From NCBI GenBank assembly GCA_947460455.1, contig CANHKG010000002.1:2004-66003 (forward strand): a DNA stretch of 64,000 nt, read 5' to 3'. Of this stretch, positions 63,374-64,000 are shown piece by piece. Position 1 is the stretch's first letter; the number at the start of each line of letters is the position of its first letter. This stretch comes from Rhodospirillales bacterium (GTDB lineage: Bacteria; Pseudomonadota; Alphaproteobacteria; Acetobacterales; Acetobacteraceae). A model generated the notes under the pieces. The model had not been told where the DNA came from. It saw nothing but the letters and a program-made list of their open reading frames with translations, and searched no databases. The position numbers were made by a program, and so were the translations under genes.

Positions 63374-64000
63374 ATGAGGCGACGCCAGATGATGGCCGGC
63401 ATGGCAGCCGGGATCGCGGCCCCCTCGGTGGTGGGCGCCCAGGGCGCGCAGGTCCTGCGCTTCGTGCCCTCGGTCGACCTCACCGTGACCGATCCGATCT
63501 ACGGCACCTCGTTCACCACGCGAAACCACGCCGCGATGGTGTTCGACACCCTCTACGGCGTGGACGAGCAGATGCGTGCCCATCCGCAAATGGCCGCTGG
63601 CCACGTCGTGGAGAATGACGGACTCACCTGGCGCATCACCCTGCGCGACGGCTTGCGCTTCCACGACGGCGAGCCGGTTCTGGCGCGCGACTGCGTCGCC
63701 AGCCTGCAGCGCTGGGGCAGGCGCGACACGTTCGGCAGCACGCTGTTCGCGGCCACCAACGAGGTCGTCGCCGAATCCGACAAGGTGATCGTCTGGCGGC
63801 TGAAGCGGCCGTTCCGCATGCTGCCCGATGCGCTGGGCAAGATGCTCACCAACGTGCCGGTGATCATGCCCGCGCGGCTGGCGCAGACCGATCCGTATAA
63901 GGCGACGCCAGAGATCATTGGCAGCGGCCCCTATCGCTTCCTGGCGTCCGAGCACAACCTCGGCCACCGCGCCGCCTATGCGAAGTTCGACCGCTACGTG
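63374..64000 (+). CDS. ABC transporter substrate-binding protein, family 5 (peptide/nickel type), N-terminal part (3' end outside window)
   Basis: GGAGG RBS. Tat-like signal MRRRQMMAGMAAGIAAP, then ..LRFVPSVDLTVTDPI..TRNHAAMVFDTLYG..LTWRITLRDGLRFHDGEPV.. The frame is open to the window end. Confidence 0.8.
   Translation, partial: MRRRQMMAGMAAGIAAPSVVGAQGAQVLRFVPSVDLTVTDPIYGTSFTTRNHAAMVFDTLYGVDEQMRAHPQMAAGHVVENDGLTWRITLRDGLRFHDGEPVLARDCVASLQRWGRRDTFGSTLFAATNEVVAESDKVIVWRLKRPFRMLPDALGKMLTNVPVIMPARLAQTDPYKATPEIIGSGPYRFLASEHNLGHRAAYAKFDRYV

Noticed and set aside
1-64000. Scan for CRISPR arrays, rRNA/tRNA genes, transposases, integrases, phage or toxin-antitoxin/defence modules
   Set aside because: I saw no regularly spaced direct repeats, no tRNA-like cloverleaf candidates at the island edges, and no translations with recombinase, transposase or known defence motifs. 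Absence is judged by eye only and should be confirmed with tRNAscan, ISfinder and DefenseFinder-type tools.

Overview
High-GC, densely coding bacterial chromosomal window, probably Alphaproteobacteria (Bug/Tct transporters, Pha/Mrp antiporter, codon bias). About 75 CDS are supportable. I recognised no rRNA, tRNA, CRISPR array, transposase or integrase. All family calls come from reading the supplied translations for motifs, and start codons were chosen by eye from RBS and overlap context. No database search was possible. (1) 1-20.6 kb is ordinary chromosome: DUF1365/DUF2177 tail of a lipid-modification cluster, formamidase, GNAT, HAD, two DAO-type FAD oxidoreductases, dienelactone hydrolase, a TauD-like dioxygenase / IclR / amidase unit with a shared palindromic operator, a six-gene Mrp (Pha) cation/H+ antiporter operon, and TctC-TctCBA tricarboxylate transport. 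(2) 21.5-43.9 kb is a roughly 22 kb accessory block punctuated by visibly AT-rich spacers. It holds a sensor-less MCP-PilZ chemoreceptor and a 7-gene photosensory/bilin operon. That operon encodes two output-less phytochromes with a Cph1-type GAF cysteine, a STAS protein, heme oxygenase, a PcyA-like bilin reductase and two unknowns. The block also holds gvpA with its own AT-rich upstream region and a strong 3' hairpin, plus a roughly 13 kb translationally coupled gas-vesicle operon (AbrB-like, gvpN, gvpO, gvpJ, Hsp20, gvpF, gvpG, CDC48-like AAA+, GvpF/L-J-domain fusion, gvpL, gvpS, gvpK). The operon ends with an 849-aa Ala-rich membrane-anchored protein and three tandem members of an unrecognised four-member paralog family. 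The fourth member sits inside the photosensory operon. This block is the main candidate for a light-steered buoyancy system. From memory, a partial precedent exists in Bradyrhizobium sp. ORS278, so the paralog family, the dual phytochromes with STAS, and the chaperone fusion are the parts most likely to be new. (3) 44.3-64 kb is an IclR-associated acyl-CoA/beta-oxidation-like catabolic cluster (LLM monooxygenase, CMD, two ACADs, FadB-like scaffold, several SDRs, ECH, OYE), followed by an HU-like protein with an AKP-repeat tail, an epimerase, a lactonase, a proline iminopeptidase and a partial family-5 SBP.
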